Shown here in pieces: positions 37,218-47,214 of a stretch of DNA of 64,000 bases. This DNA is from an archaeon. Its GTDB lineage: Archaea; Undinarchaeota; CAZHTU01; JBDRCC01. The translations under genes and the position numbers were made by a program. The first letter of the stretch is position 1, and each line of letters starts with the position of its first letter. The notes below the pieces were generated by a model. It searched no databases, was not told the origin of the DNA, and saw nothing but the letters and a program-made list of their open reading frames with translations. The stretch covers positions 64,001 through 128,000 of the forward strand of contig JBDRCC010000007.1 in assembly GCA_043822065.1 (NCBI GenBank). Reading direction: 5' to 3'.

Positions 37218-38066
37218 ATGGGTTACGCCCTTTATTTTGACAAGAGCGCCTGGAAAAATAACTGTGTTACAGTATATCCTGTCTGTAAGGACAAACAGTG
37301 TGACGCCCCTGCTGGCGAGCTCTGTAAGCTCTTTGCAAGCGAGGTAATTGATGGCGTGAGTATAGGGCAAATCAGTTACTTGACGTTTTTTGGCCCTGTA
37401 CAACCTGGTAAGTCAGAGCCGACGAGCATGACGTTTACCTGTCCAAAGTATTCTTCTGGCATCTCTTGCGCACATTTTCTTCAGCAGGAAGGGTGGGAAT
37501 GGTTTGCGAGACGGGCAGGCATAAGCCCCTTCGACTATAATCGCGGCGACCAAGGTGATGGCCGACCTACTGCGCCTTTCTATTGCAACAGCTTTGATTC
37601 TAATCATAAGCAGGAGATGAAAATCGCAGTAAACCCCCATTCCAATTTAGAGCATTACATCCTTGCGGGGTTTTGGCTGGCTAATCCAGCCCTGAAGCAG
37701 TACCTTGTGTCCAAGTATCACACCGAGGACCTAGAATTTTCCATGGTCGAGGAAACCTCGGCGGAGCTAACTGGGAAGTTTTTTGAGGATAACAGGCGTA
37801 AAGTAAAAAAGATTGCCAAGCTCCAGGGTGCCAGTGATGGCTCCAATAGATGCCCTGGAGTCCGTAATGTTGAAGACTACAAAGCAGAGATATACTCACA
37901 TGGTATTATCAACAACAAAGAAATTAATGCCTGTGGCTTCATGCTCTCTGAGCTGCCGCGGATGTCAGGCTGTTATGGCAAGGTTTATACTAATAACGTC
38001 GAAACCCGTTGCGGTGGGAATTACAAAACAAAATCTAAAATGCGGCTGATTTGCAGCAAAGCCTAA
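37218..38066 (+). CDS. Hypothetical Cys-rich protein
   Basis: 282-aa ORF with 12 Cys; visibly more AT-rich than the core genes. Confidence 0.6.
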   Translation: MGYALYFDKSAWKNNCVTVYPVCKDKQCDAPAGELCKLFASEVIDGVSIGQISYLTFFGPVQPGKSEPTSMTFTCPKYSSGISCAHFLQQEGWEWFARRAGISPFDYNRGDQGDGRPTAPFYCNSFDSNHKQEMKIAVNPHSNLEHYILAGFWLANPALKQYLVSKYHTEDLEFSMVEETSAELTGKFFEDNRRKVKKIAKLQGASDGSNRCPGVRNVEDYKAEIYSHGIINNKEINACGFMLSELPRMSGCYGKVYTNNVETRCGGNYKTKSKMRLICSKA

Positions 38067-38123
38067 GCAAAAGTAAATATTATATACCGTCTGCTTTTAG
38101 TAGAGCACAAGGGGGTTAACCTA

Positions 38124-40094
38124 ATGGAATACTTTGCATACACACCGATTGCAGGGCTCCTCGCCATAGTCTTTGCGGGGTACCTGTCTTACATGGTTCT
38201 GAAAAAGGAGGAGGGCACTCAGAAGATGAGCGAGCTTTCCCATGCAATTCAGGAGGGCGCACTGGCTTACTTGACGCGGCAGTACAAAACACTGGCAGTC
38301 TTCATAGCAATTGTTGCAGTAATATTCGCGTATGCATTGTCGCCCATTGTCGCATTAGTATACCTTATAGGGACCCTTTGCTCAATCGCCGCAGGATTCA
38401 TAGGCATGTACGTCGCTACAAGGGCGAACACCAGGACGACAAACGCCGCGAGGACGAGCCTAAATTCCGCCCTCCAGATTGCATTCCGGGGCGGCTCTGT
38501 GATGGGAATGTCCGTCGTTGGGCTAAGCCTATTGGGGATTGGCGTGACCTTCTATGTCTTTAGGGACATACAGGTGGTCACCGGCTTCGCATTCGGTGCG
38601 AGCTCAATCGCACTTTTCGCCAGGGTCGGCGGGGGAATATTCACCAAAGCAGCTGACGTAGGTGCAGACCTCGTTGGCAAGATTGAGGCCCACATACCAG
38701 AGGACGATCCGAGGAATGCCGCAGTAATCGCAGACAATGTCGGCGACAACGTAGGCGACGTCGCAGGTATGGGCGCAGACCTGTTCGAATCATATTCCGG
38801 CTCAATAATCTCTGCTGTGGTGCTTGGCTCTACTGCAATGGTTATCGGGCAGTTCGGGGTAAACTCCGTTTTCTTCCCATTCTCGATAGCCATCATGGGC
38901 GTGCTTGCATCGATAGCTGGTGTCTTTGTAGTCCGGACAAAAGAGGGTGCAGACCCCCAGAAGGTTCTTAACAACGCAACATTCTCAAGTGCGATAATCC
39001 TGGCAATCGGCGCGTACTTCCTCTCCAGATACCTCCTTCACAGCATTAGCCCGTTTATCGCCGTGGTCGCAGGGCTTGTTGCGGGAGTAGTCATCGGCCT
39101 GCTTACCGAATACTACACGTCAGCGGACTACAAATATGTCAAGGCGATAGCCAAAGCCGCCGAAACCGGCGCTGGCACAAATGTCATTCAGGGAATCGCC
39201 GTCGGCATGCAGAGCACCGCGCTTCCTGTGCTCTCAATCTGCGCAGCTATCCTGCTGTCCTACCATGTCGCAGGAATATACGGCATTGCAATGGCCGCGG
39301 TCGGAATGCTTTCCATAACCGGGATTGTTGTTGCGGTCGACTCGTACGGCCCGATTGCAGACAACGCTGGCGGGATTGCAGAGATGGCCGGGCTCCCGAA
39401 GTCCGTCCGGGCAAGGACAGACAAGCTCGACGCACTTGGCAACACGACAGCCGCAATCTCAAAGGGATTTGCCATCGGCTCTGCCGCGCTTACCGCACTC
39501 GCGCTGTTCATAGCGTTCGCACAGACTGCAAACATCAGCGTGATAAGCGTGCTGGACCCGACCGTCCTTGTCGGAATGCTCATTGGAGGCATCCTGCCAT
39601 TCGTCTTCAGCTCAATGGCTATGAAGGCGGTGGGAAACGCCGCATTCGAGATAATCGAGGAGGTCAGGCGCCAGTTCAGAGAGATAAAAGGCCTGATGGA
39701 AGGAAAGACAAAGCCTGACTACGCCAGATGTGTTGACATATGCACAAAGTCCGCACTACGCGAGATGATTGCGCCCGGTGCGATGGCTGTTCTTGCCCCC
39801 CTTGCAATGGGCTTCCTCCTTGGCAAGGAGGCGCTCGGCGGCATGCTTGCCGGCGCTACAGTCACCGGCGTCATGCTAGCAATATTCATGGCAAACGCCG
39901 GCGGAGCCTGGGACAACGCCAAGAAGTACATCGAATCCGGGCACCTTGGCGGAAAGGGGACGCCAACACACGATGCCGCCATAGTCGGCGACACAGTCGG
40001 CGACCCGTTCAAGGACACAGCAGGGCCATCGCTGAACATCCTAATCAAGCTGATGGCTGTAATCGCCCTCCTGGCGGCGCCTCTGCTGGCTTAG
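38124..40094 (+). CDS. hppA: Membrane pyrophosphatase, K+-dependent, probably Na+-translocating
   Basis: [49 protein letters not shown]. Confidence 0.96.
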   Translation: MEYFAYTPIAGLLAIVFAGYLSYMVLKKEEGTQKMSELSHAIQEGALAYLTRQYKTLAVFIAIVAVIFAYALSPIVALVYLIGTLCSIAAGFIGMYVATRANTRTTNAARTSLNSALQIAFRGGSVMGMSVVGLSLLGIGVTFYVFRDIQVVTGFAFGASSIALFARVGGGIFTKAADVGADLVGKIEAHIPEDDPRNAAVIADNVGDNVGDVAGMGADLFESYSGSIISAVVLGSTAMVIGQFGVNSVFFPFSIAIMGVLASIAGVFVVRTKEGADPQKVLNNATFSSAIILAIGAYFLSRYLLHSISPFIAVVAGLVAGVVIGLLTEYYTSADYKYVKAIAKAAETGAGTNVIQGIAVGMQSTALPVLSICAAILLSYHVAGIYGIAMAAVGMLSITGIVVAVDSYGPIADNAGGIAEMAGLPKSVRARTDKLDALGNTTAAISKGFAIGSAALTALALFIAFAQTANISVISVLDPTVLVGMLIGGILPFVFSSMAMKAVGNAAFEIIEEVRRQFREIKGLMEGKTKPDYARCVDICTKSALREMIAPGAMAVLAPLAMGFLLGKEALGGMLAGATVTGVMLAIFMANAGGAWDNAKKYIESGHLGGKGTPTHDAAIVGDTVGDPFKDTAGPSLNILIKLMAVIALLAAPLLA

Positions 40095-40155
40095 AAAAAA
40101 CTATTAAAACAGCAGAAAACTAAGGCTGGATACTGCCAAGTCTTTCAGCCATTTT

Positions 40156-40226
40156 GCGGTGGTGATGTAGTCGCAGCATTCGAGCCTTCCAAGCTCGCCG
40201 CCCGGGTTCAAATCCCGGCCGCCGCA
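40156..40226 (+). tRNA. tRNA-Gly (TCC)
   Basis: GCGGTGG/CCGCCGC; CGAGC-CTTCCAA-GCTCG; CCGGG/CCCGG. Confidence 0.93.
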
Positions 40227-40232
40227 CTCCTT

Positions 40233-40856
40233 TTACAGATAATACGACGGGTCTGCAACCCGATCCATGTTTGGGTCTATCTTGCGCTCGGTGTACTCTT
40301 TGGCGTAGTCTATAAGTTCTTCTAAGAAGTTTATCTCTGTGTCCACTCTCTTGATAAACGCCTTTGGCGCCCCCGTCTCTAAGAGCTTAATGTGCAATTT
40401 TGACTTAAGGTAAAGCCCAAACCCAAAACTGTTCTGTATGGCCCTTACGTCCTTTTCAGCATATTCACCCGAATCCATGAACTCGCCGATATCCTTCAAA
40501 AGCTTTTGCATGACCGTGACATCCGCAAGGAAAAACTGGGCGCCCCGCAAGAGGGTTTCTACTGCGGCGTAAATCCCGCCCTTTGGGATTGTATGCCTTT
40601 CTGTTTTTGATATTCTCACGACCGAATCCTCTCTAAGGTAGGCGAGCGTGTCCTCCACGTTCTTCGCCCGCTTCTCTATCCCCCCACGGTAGTCCTTCTC
40701 GTTTAGGTATGCAAGGTCATCTATCCAGCCCTCGAACAGCCTCTTGAGATAGGGCGGCAGCTCGGCAACCCGCCGGATATCCTCGTACGGGCGTCTGGCG
40801 AAATCCTCCAGGCCATTAGTCAACCCAATCTTCGGTGCTGAGAGCGACGGCGACAT
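40233..40856 (-). CDS. Hypothetical helical protein
   Basis: Probable start MSPSL at 40856 with TATAAATA upstream. Confidence 0.65.
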   Translation of the reverse strand: MSPSLSAPKIGLTNGLEDFARRPYEDIRRVAELPPYLKRLFEGWIDDLAYLNEKDYRGGIEKRAKNVEDTLAYLREDSVVRISKTERHTIPKGGIYAAVETLLRGAQFFLADVTVMQKLLKDIGEFMDSGEYAEKDVRAIQNSFGFGLYLKSKLHIKLLETGAPKAFIKRVDTEINFLEELIDYAKEYTERKIDPNMDRVADPSYYL

Positions 40857-40891
40857 AAAGAAAATATTGCAGGCGGAGTATTTATATCTAG

Positions 40892-41395
40892 CTAAATAAT
40901 GGTCTTTTTCCTGTACGCAGCCCAGTCCTTTTTGTACCTCACTGCAAGATACTTCTCTTCCTGGAGCGTCCAGTAGAGCATGAAGCCTATCCAAATGGGC
41001 GAAGTATAGAGCGCCATCATGCTTCCAAATACCATCGGCACGCCTGCCACCATGAGTATTGAGCCATAGTATGTCGGGTGGCGCACGAGCTTGTAGATGC
41101 CGCTTGTTATCAGCTTCTTCGGATCCCTGAATGGTATATGGGTGTAGCTCAAGACTACCAAAAGTATGCCAACCGTGCCGAGCAATGTGCCAGCGTCCTG
41201 CATGAGCGCGCTTCCGCCCTTCGTGCTGTCAAAAAACACCATTGCGAACCAGGCAATCCAGCCGCCGAAGACAACGTACTTGACGTTCTTGTCGTACCTG
41301 GCGGACGGGTTTCCTGTGTGCTCCTGCCTGTGGTAATAGGCGTGTACGCAGTAGCATGCCAGGCAGACTGCGAATGCGGCGTAGAACAGCATCAT
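40892..41395 (-). CDS. ICMT/PEMT-family membrane methyltransferase
   Basis: LITSGIY..VRHP.Y, EE..L, Y...T. Confidence 0.88.
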   Translation of the reverse strand: MMLFYAAFAVCLACYCVHAYYHRQEHTGNPSARYDKNVKYVVFGGWIAWFAMVFFDSTKGGSALMQDAGTLLGTVGILLVVLSYTHIPFRDPKKLITSGIYKLVRHPTYYGSILMVAGVPMVFGSMMALYTSPIWIGFMLYWTLQEEKYLAVRYKKDWAAYRKKTII

Positions 41396-41418
41396 GTCCT
41401 AACTAAAAAACAGGATTA

Positions 41419-42348
41419 TTATATACCCTTCGGCTTTCTGCCGAGCTTCCTAATCGAGGCGACAAAGAAGCCTGAGGTGTTGTTGTCCTGCGGCCATATC
41501 CGCAGGCACCTTTCGACCGTTGGGTTGTACTTTTCCCCCTCGAACTCAAGCACCGGTTCGCTTCTCTTAAGCCCGGGCAGGATTATCTCTTCTAGTTCTG
41601 ATTTCTTGTGCCGCTTAAGGAGCCAGCTGACAACCGCCTCGTCCTCCTGCGGGTCGACGCTGCAGGTCGAATAGACAAGCCGCCCGCCCTTTTTCAGCAG
41701 GCAGTAAGCCGAGTGCAGGATGCTCTTCTGGTCGTCCGAAAGCCTTTTTGCGAGTTCAGGCGACCACGTCTCGGCAGTTTCAGGGGACTTCTGCAATATG
41801 CCTGTGCCGGTGCAGGGCGCGTCAGCAAGCACCCGGTCGAACTGGATGTCCGTTAGCTGCTGGACTGAGCTCATCTCCACTACGCAATTTGTAACTTTCA
41901 TCCTCTCGACGTTCCTCCTCAGTATGGCAATCCTGTCCTGCCTGACGTCAAGCGCGACTAGTGCGCCCGTGTTCCCCATATACTGGGCTATCTGGGTGGT
42001 TTTTGCACCAGGGGAGGCGCACGCGTCAAGGACATTCTCACCCGGCATCGGACCGAGGACTACCGCAGGTATCATGCTTGCGGCTTCCTGGACAAAAAAG
42101 TGCCCCTCTTTGTGGCCAGGTACGTTGCCGATGTCCTGGCGTTCGCCTTTCTTGTGGGCTATCCAAAAGCCTTCAGGGCACCATGGGACTGGGTCAAGAT
42201 TCCATTCCGCCTCAATGGCACCCTTTAATTTTTTAGCAGATGTGGCTATGGTGTTGACCCGTATGGATTTTCTCAGCGGCTGGGCTATTGCAGATGAAAA
42301 TTCTTCCCATGAGGTGAGCTTTTCGTATCTCGCTTTAAATTCTTCCAT
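41419..42348 (-). CDS. RsmB/NOP2/NSUN RNA m5C methyltransferase
   Basis: QEAASM.P, DACASPGAKT, DAPCTG, VYSTCS, GFF. Confidence 0.95.
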   Translation of the reverse strand: MEEFKARYEKLTSWEEFSSAIAQPLRKSIRVNTIATSAKKLKGAIEAEWNLDPVPWCPEGFWIAHKKGERQDIGNVPGHKEGHFFVQEAASMIPAVVLGPMPGENVLDACASPGAKTTQIAQYMGNTGALVALDVRQDRIAILRRNVERMKVTNCVVEMSSVQQLTDIQFDRVLADAPCTGTGILQKSPETAETWSPELAKRLSDDQKSILHSAYCLLKKGGRLVYSTCSVDPQEDEAVVSWLLKRHKKSELEEIILPGLKRSEPVLEFEGEKYNPTVERCLRIWPQDNNTSGFFVASIRKLGRKPKGI

Positions 42349-42350
42349 AC

Positions 42351-42821
42351 TCACTTGCGAAGCCTGGATGCAAACTCTCTGACCTTTGCCGTGTAGTTGC
42401 CCTCTGCGACCTCTTTGGCAGTTAGGTACAGGCTTGATATAGGGGGCTTCCCCAGCGTGGTTTCCATGTCACTAAAAACGCGCTGCTCCGAAGCGCTTCC
42501 CTGGGTTGCGAAGAATGCAACTTTTTTGAGCTTCCCCCTGTTTTGGCTGATGTACGTCCTCACTGGGCTTGCCATCCGCCCGGCCCAGACTGGGGTGCAG
42601 AGAACCACAATATCATACTTTGATGGGTCCTTCTTCTGGCTGTTTATCAGCGGCAACTTCCTTGCCACGGCTTCCCTGCCCGATTTAAGATAGCCAATCA
42701 AGCCTGCGCGGCTCGCCGGGTCAGTTATCTCTTCAAGGTCTGAGCGAAGGGCTTTTGCAACTTCCTGCGCGGCTTTTTTCGTGAAGCCGGTTCTCGAATA
42801 AAAAACTGTCAGGGCTTTCAT
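42351..42821 (-). CDS. Flavodoxin-like protein
   Basis: FYSRTGFT, TPVWAG, FFATQG. Confidence 0.9.
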   Translation of the reverse strand: MKALTVFYSRTGFTKKAAQEVAKALRSDLEEITDPASRAGLIGYLKSGREAVARKLPLINSQKKDPSKYDIVVLCTPVWAGRMASPVRTYISQNRGKLKKVAFFATQGSASEQRVFSDMETTLGKPPISSLYLTAKEVAEGNYTAKVREFASRLRK

Positions 42822-42871
42822 GGATTCGCTAAATCCAAACTCTTTTAATAATGTTCTGACTAACTCTCGCT

Positions 42872-44239
42872 ATGCCTACTCCGGAACCTTTTAAGATAAA
42901 AATGGTGGAGTCCATAAAGCTCCTCCCGCGCGAAGAGCGCGAGAAAAAAATAAAAGACGTCGGATACAACGTCTTTATGCTGAGAATCGATGACATCTTC
43001 ATCGATTTGCTTACCGATTCCGGCACCTCTGCCATGAGCGACATGCAGTGGGCTGAGATGATAAAAACCAAGCAGACTTATGCCGGGACAGACGCCTACT
43101 ACTGCCTTGGCGACTCGATAAAAGAGATATTCGGCTTTGAGATGTACCTGCCGGTCCACCAGGGCAGGGCGGCAGAAAACGTGCTTTTCTCGACCGTTGT
43201 CCGGAAGGGCGACTTCGTGCCTAACAACATGCACTTCGACACGACAGAAGCGAACGTCCGCCACAACGGCGGCATACCTGTCAATCTGGTCAACGACGGC
43301 GCCTATGACACCTCAAAGATTGCGGATTTCAAGGGAAACATGGACGTCGCGAAGCTCGAGGGGCTCATCAAGGAGAACGGGAAGGAAAAAATCCCATTCA
43401 TCATGCTGACGATAACCAACAACACCGGAGGCGGTCAGCCGGTCTCAATGGAGAACATACGGGCTGTCCGGAAAGTAGCGGATAAGCACGGCATCCCGTT
43501 CTTCTTCGACGCGTGCAGGTTTGCCGAGAACGCCTACTTCATCAAGACGCGGGAGAAAGGCTATGCTGGCAAGTCCATCCGCCAGATTGTCAGGGAGATG
43601 TTCTCATATGTTGACGGCTTCACGTTCAGCGGCAAGAAGGAGGCGCTGACAAACATCGGCGGCCTTCTCGGCTTCAGGGACGAGAAGCTTTACGAAAAGT
43701 GCAGGAATGAGCTAATCATTGTCGAGGGCTTCACGACCTACGGCGGGCTTGCATGCCGCGACCTTGCAGCAATGGCGCAGGGACTTAAGGAGTCGACTGA
43801 GGACTCATACCAGGAGTACAGGCACGCCCAGGTGGAATACCTTGGAAACCTCCTGAAGAAGGCAGGCGTCCCGATAATAGAGCCAATCGGTGGGCATGCG
43901 GTTTATATCGACGCGAAAAAGTTCCTCCTGCACATCCCTCCTGAGCAGTTCCCGGGGCAGGTTCTAACCTACAGCCTCTACGTAGAGTCTGGAGTGCGCG
44001 CGGTTGAGCTGGGTTCGTCCGCATTCGGCTACTGGGACGAGAAAGAGAATTTTATCCCTGCAAAGCTCGAGACAATGCGGCTTGCAATCCCGCGCCGGGT
44101 TTACACGAACTCGCACCTGGAATACGTTGCAGAAGCAATAATAACGCTTTACAAGAAGAGGGGCCAGCTCAAGGGCCTGAAGCGGATTTATGCGCCAAAG
44201 CTCCTTGGCCACTTCACAGCCAGGTTTGAGCCTCTGTGA
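42872..44239 (+). CDS. tnaA: Tryptophanase (beta-eliminating lyase)
   Basis: PEPFKIK, DLLTDSGT, HQGR, SGKK; FDTT, VELG and HFTA favour tryptophanase over tyrosine phenol-lyase. Confidence 0.9.
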   Translation: MPTPEPFKIKMVESIKLLPREEREKKIKDVGYNVFMLRIDDIFIDLLTDSGTSAMSDMQWAEMIKTKQTYAGTDAYYCLGDSIKEIFGFEMYLPVHQGRAAENVLFSTVVRKGDFVPNNMHFDTTEANVRHNGGIPVNLVNDGAYDTSKIADFKGNMDVAKLEGLIKENGKEKIPFIMLTITNNTGGGQPVSMENIRAVRKVADKHGIPFFFDACRFAENAYFIKTREKGYAGKSIRQIVREMFSYVDGFTFSGKKEALTNIGGLLGFRDEKLYEKCRNELIIVEGFTTYGGLACRDLAAMAQGLKESTEDSYQEYRHAQVEYLGNLLKKAGVPIIEPIGGHAVYIDAKKFLLHIPPEQFPGQVLTYSLYVESGVRAVELGSSAFGYWDEKENFIPAKLETMRLAIPRRVYTNSHLEYVAEAIITLYKKRGQLKGLKRIYAPKLLGHFTARFEPL

Positions 44240-44242
44240 TTC

Positions 44243-44286
44243 TTAAAAAATAGAAAATAGGGGGCGTTCGCCCCCTACCGAATTTT
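44243..44286. terminator. GC hairpin with flanking A/T tracts between convergent genes
   Basis: TAGGGGGCG-TT-CGCCCCCTA at 44258-44277. Confidence 0.6.
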
Positions 44287-45212
44287 TAGCAGGTGCAGAC
44301 TACAGGCGGCTTGTTCTGGTAGGAGAAGTCAGTCAGCGTCTTTCCGACACAGTAGACTCCGGTCTTGCCAATCAAGCTTTCCATCTCAGTGCCCTCAAAT
44401 ACGCACTGGACGCTCTCGCCCAAGTTGTTTTTGCCCTTGTCGCACCTTGCCGGGCAAGGCGTAGCACTGGGCTTTACTGGCTGGCATCCGCATCCTTGTT
44501 TGCTGTTTGGCCCGTAAAGCGTGAGCTCTCCAGGGCATGTTCCGCTGAGAGGCGCCTTGTTTGCGTATTCCGCCTTAACAAAGCACGCGCCAGGGGTCGT
44601 CTGCGGCCCGAAAAGCGTGTATGGCGGCTCGCAGGCAAACGGGCAGATTTCCGCCACTGCTGCGGCTGCCGGCTGGGCCGGAGCCGATGGCTTGAAGAAT
44701 ATGTTGTATACCTTCAGGGAAATCTTAAGGAAGCTGAGCTTTATCTTCCCCGTTATCGTCCGCGCCTTTATCTCTATCTTTTTCGTGTTCAGCGCAGTTA
44801 TGAGCGCGTTCGCCGGGTCTGGGGAGTTCATTATCTGGCCAAGGGTGTCCTCCTTAATGGTCATGGAGTACGCCCACTGGTCGACGGCCCCCGGGCCGAT
44901 GTCGGTCACCTTGCCATCAGAGCCGATTATCATGTACCCCGTTTCAACCGCACCTGTTGCGGACACAAAGTCGAGCTTTATCCTGCCCTTTGGCAGCGCC
45001 TTTGCCACCATCTGGTTCGACATAAGCCCGTTGTTGATTTTTGCAGTAACTGCGTTCTTCAGAGTGACGTCCGCCTCGATGTCGGCAAGCGCCGCAGCTA
45101 TATCTGCAATATTCGAACTGAAAAGCTTGTCTAGCGTCTCATCAACAGTCGCAGCAAGGGCGATGTTGGATACCAGGACCAAGCCCAATACAAAACCTAA
45201 AAACCTTTTCAT
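44286..45212 (-). CDS. Secreted protein with an SCP2-like domain and a Cys-rich C-terminus
   Basis: Signal MKRFL...ALA; SCP2-like segment; AP-rich linker; Cys-rich repeats. Confidence 0.7.
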   Translation of the reverse strand: MKRFLGFVLGLVLVSNIALAATVDETLDKLFSSNIADIAAALADIEADVTLKNAVTAKINNGLMSNQMVAKALPKGRIKLDFVSATGAVETGYMIIGSDGKVTDIGPGAVDQWAYSMTIKEDTLGQIMNSPDPANALITALNTKKIEIKARTITGKIKLSFLKISLKVYNIFFKPSAPAQPAAAAVAEICPFACEPPYTLFGPQTTPGACFVKAEYANKAPLSGTCPGELTLYGPNSKQGCGCQPVKPSATPCPARCDKGKNNLGESVQCVFEGTEMESLIGKTGVYCVGKTLTDFSYQNKPPVVCTC

Positions 45213-45319
45213 AATACCACCATAGCCCATAATCGCGCCTTGGTATAAAAATGAAACGCTTTGGCAGGATATTATAATTTTAAATACCAGTTAGCGTTTC
45301 CTGTGGTTAGGAGGTTCAA

Positions 45320-46029
45320 ATGAACTACGAGACAGCATTCAAGAAACCAGTTACTGACGTCAAGAAGCTGGTGATAGGCGTGATCCTTGGCATGATACCG
45401 GTAATCCACTGGATTGCCAAGGGGTTCTACCTGAACTGTTCAAATGTCGGGAAGGTGAAAACGGGCGATAAGATGCCGGAGTGGACCGACTCCCAGCTCT
45501 TTTCATCACCGGTCTTCTGTCAAGCATAATAGCCTTCATCTACATGCTGCCTGCAACCGCAGTAATCGCAGTTGGTGCAGGCATGGGCCTCATGACCCTG
45601 ATGAGCGGCCTCCTTGCAGCAGGCGTCCCGTCGCAGTTCATGGGCATTATCCACGGAGGCCAGGCGAACGCGCAGGCAATGTTGCCGTTCTTCCAAAGCA
45701 ACCTGATGGCGCTTCTACCTGCGGCAGTGGGATTTGTGCCGTACATGGTAGTAGGCTTCCTGCTGATGATGGTCGCGCTTTACTTCACACCGATGGCCGT
45801 CCTGAGCTATGTTGCTAGCGGAAATTTCGGCGACGCGTTTGCGCTGAAAAAGGTCTATGCTCGCGCCATGAACACAGAATACTTTGTTACTTGGCTTATA
45901 GTGCTGATTGGCGTTACTGCAGTGCTCGGCTCAATACTGCGTTTTGTCCCAGTCATAGGCTTTGGGCTTGCAATGTTCGTGGGCGGAGTCATCAGCTACT
46001 CGCTGTTTGGCCAGATATACAAGAAATAA
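45320..46029 (+). pseudogene. DUF4013-like membrane protein split by a 1-nt frameshift near 45490
   Basis: First frame ends MPEWTD; the protein continues as LPALFITG in another frame; strong RBS GGAGGT. Confidence 0.75.
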
Positions 46030-46038
46030 CCAGATGTT

Positions 46039-46071
46039 GGAGCAACTTTGGTTGCTCCCTCCTCTATTTTT
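46039..46071 (+). terminator. Hairpin plus T-tract
   Basis: GGAGCAAC-TTTG-GTTGCTCC followed by TATTTTT. Confidence 0.55.
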
Positions 46072-46110
46072 AGACGAAAGGGATATTAATCCGTTTGAGA
46101 TATTCTCATC

Positions 46111-46353
46111 ATGGTGAACGCTACCGCCTCCGGCCTCCTTGGGAGCCTGATGAGCCCGTCAGCGACTCCGTTTTCTATATTCCTGCTTGTCCTTGGGCTA
46201 ATCCTCCTCGTCTGGGGCGTTGCCTGGAACCTAAAAAAGTTTCTCTATGGGGACAACATAAGCCTGTTAGAGCCGGACGACGTCCTTGTCTACGTTGGCA
46301 TGATTCTCTGCTTCACAGCCTTCCTCATGATATTTGGCAAAGGCTGGTTCTAA
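46111..46353 (+). CDS. Small membrane protein
   Basis: Two hydrophobic helices; TATTAAT upstream. Confidence 0.65.
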   Translation: MVNATASGLLGSLMSPSATPFSIFLLVLGLILLVWGVAWNLKKFLYGDNISLLEPDDVLVYVGMILCFTAFLMIFGKGWF

Positions 46354-46461
46354 TCCGGCGCTCAGCAGTTTGCAGAATCTGAAATACTTAAAAATTTCCG
46401 GAAACCCTCGATAGCAAGGCTTATATACGCCGGTAGTTTTTGCCTTGGTAGGTGATGCAGG

Positions 46462-47133
46462 ATGGCAATCCCAATAGTTGAGCAAACTGTCTTCAGTCTA
46501 CAGGCAGCACTGCTTAGTCTTTGGGCGTCCTTCCTCGAAGTGTTTCCGGGAATCATCGCGGCACTAGTTGTATTAGTGATCGGTGGTCTTATCGGCCTGC
46601 TCTTCGGGAAGATACTTACGAAGGTCCTGCAAGAGGCCAAGATTGATGAATGGCTTAAGTCGCACGGCGTGGCAAAGGCGCTCGAGGGCATGTCGCTCTC
46701 TGGTGTCCTTGGCAGCGTGCTCAAGTGGTACATCATTGTTGTCTTCCTCGGCGAAGCCGCGGCGCTGGTTAAACTGGCAGCCATACAGGTCTTCATGCTG
46801 AGGATGGTAAGCTATGTACCCTCCTTGATCGGGGCGTTCATCATACTTCTGCTTGGTCTCCTTATCGGCGAATACGCAAAGAACAGCGTCATAAAGAAGA
46901 TGGACTTCAAGTACGCAAAGGAGCTTGGCAAGTTTGCCAAATTCCTGATAGTGTATTTCTCCATCGTCATCGGTCTCCAGACCGCACAGTTTGACGCTGG
47001 TATTCTCGAGGATGCCTTTAGGATAGGCTTCACTGCCATAGTAATCATCGTGGCAGTGGTCTTCGGTGCGACATTCGCTTGGACCTTCAGAAAGGATGCC
47101 GAAAAGTTTTGGAATGAAGTCAAGAAGATGTAA
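46462..47133 (+). CDS. MscS-associated TM-helix (CmpX-like) membrane protein
   Basis: Repeated P.II.A..L.IG motifs; RBS AGGTGA. Confidence 0.82.
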   Translation: MAIPIVEQTVFSLQAALLSLWASFLEVFPGIIAALVVLVIGGLIGLLFGKILTKVLQEAKIDEWLKSHGVAKALEGMSLSGVLGSVLKWYIIVVFLGEAAALVKLAAIQVFMLRMVSYVPSLIGAFIILLLGLLIGEYAKNSVIKKMDFKYAKELGKFAKFLIVYFSIVIGLQTAQFDAGILEDAFRIGFTAIVIIVAVVFGATFAWTFRKDAEKFWNEVKKM

Positions 47134-47148
47134 ATCTTCTGCTTAACT

Positions 47149-47178
47149 GGAGGGAGACATCCCTCCTCCTTATTTTTT
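47149..47178 (+). terminator. Hairpin plus T-tract
   Basis: GGAGGGA-GACA-TCCCTCC followed by TATTTTTT. Confidence 0.55.
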
Positions 47179-47214
47179 ATCTTGCCCCACGGGGCGGTAT
47201 AATGCGCGTAAACG

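Noticed and set aside
40857-40994. Upstream extension of ORF 40233..40994
   Set aside because: Overlaps the ICMT-family gene and a TATA box; the start at 40856 fits the local promoter spacing
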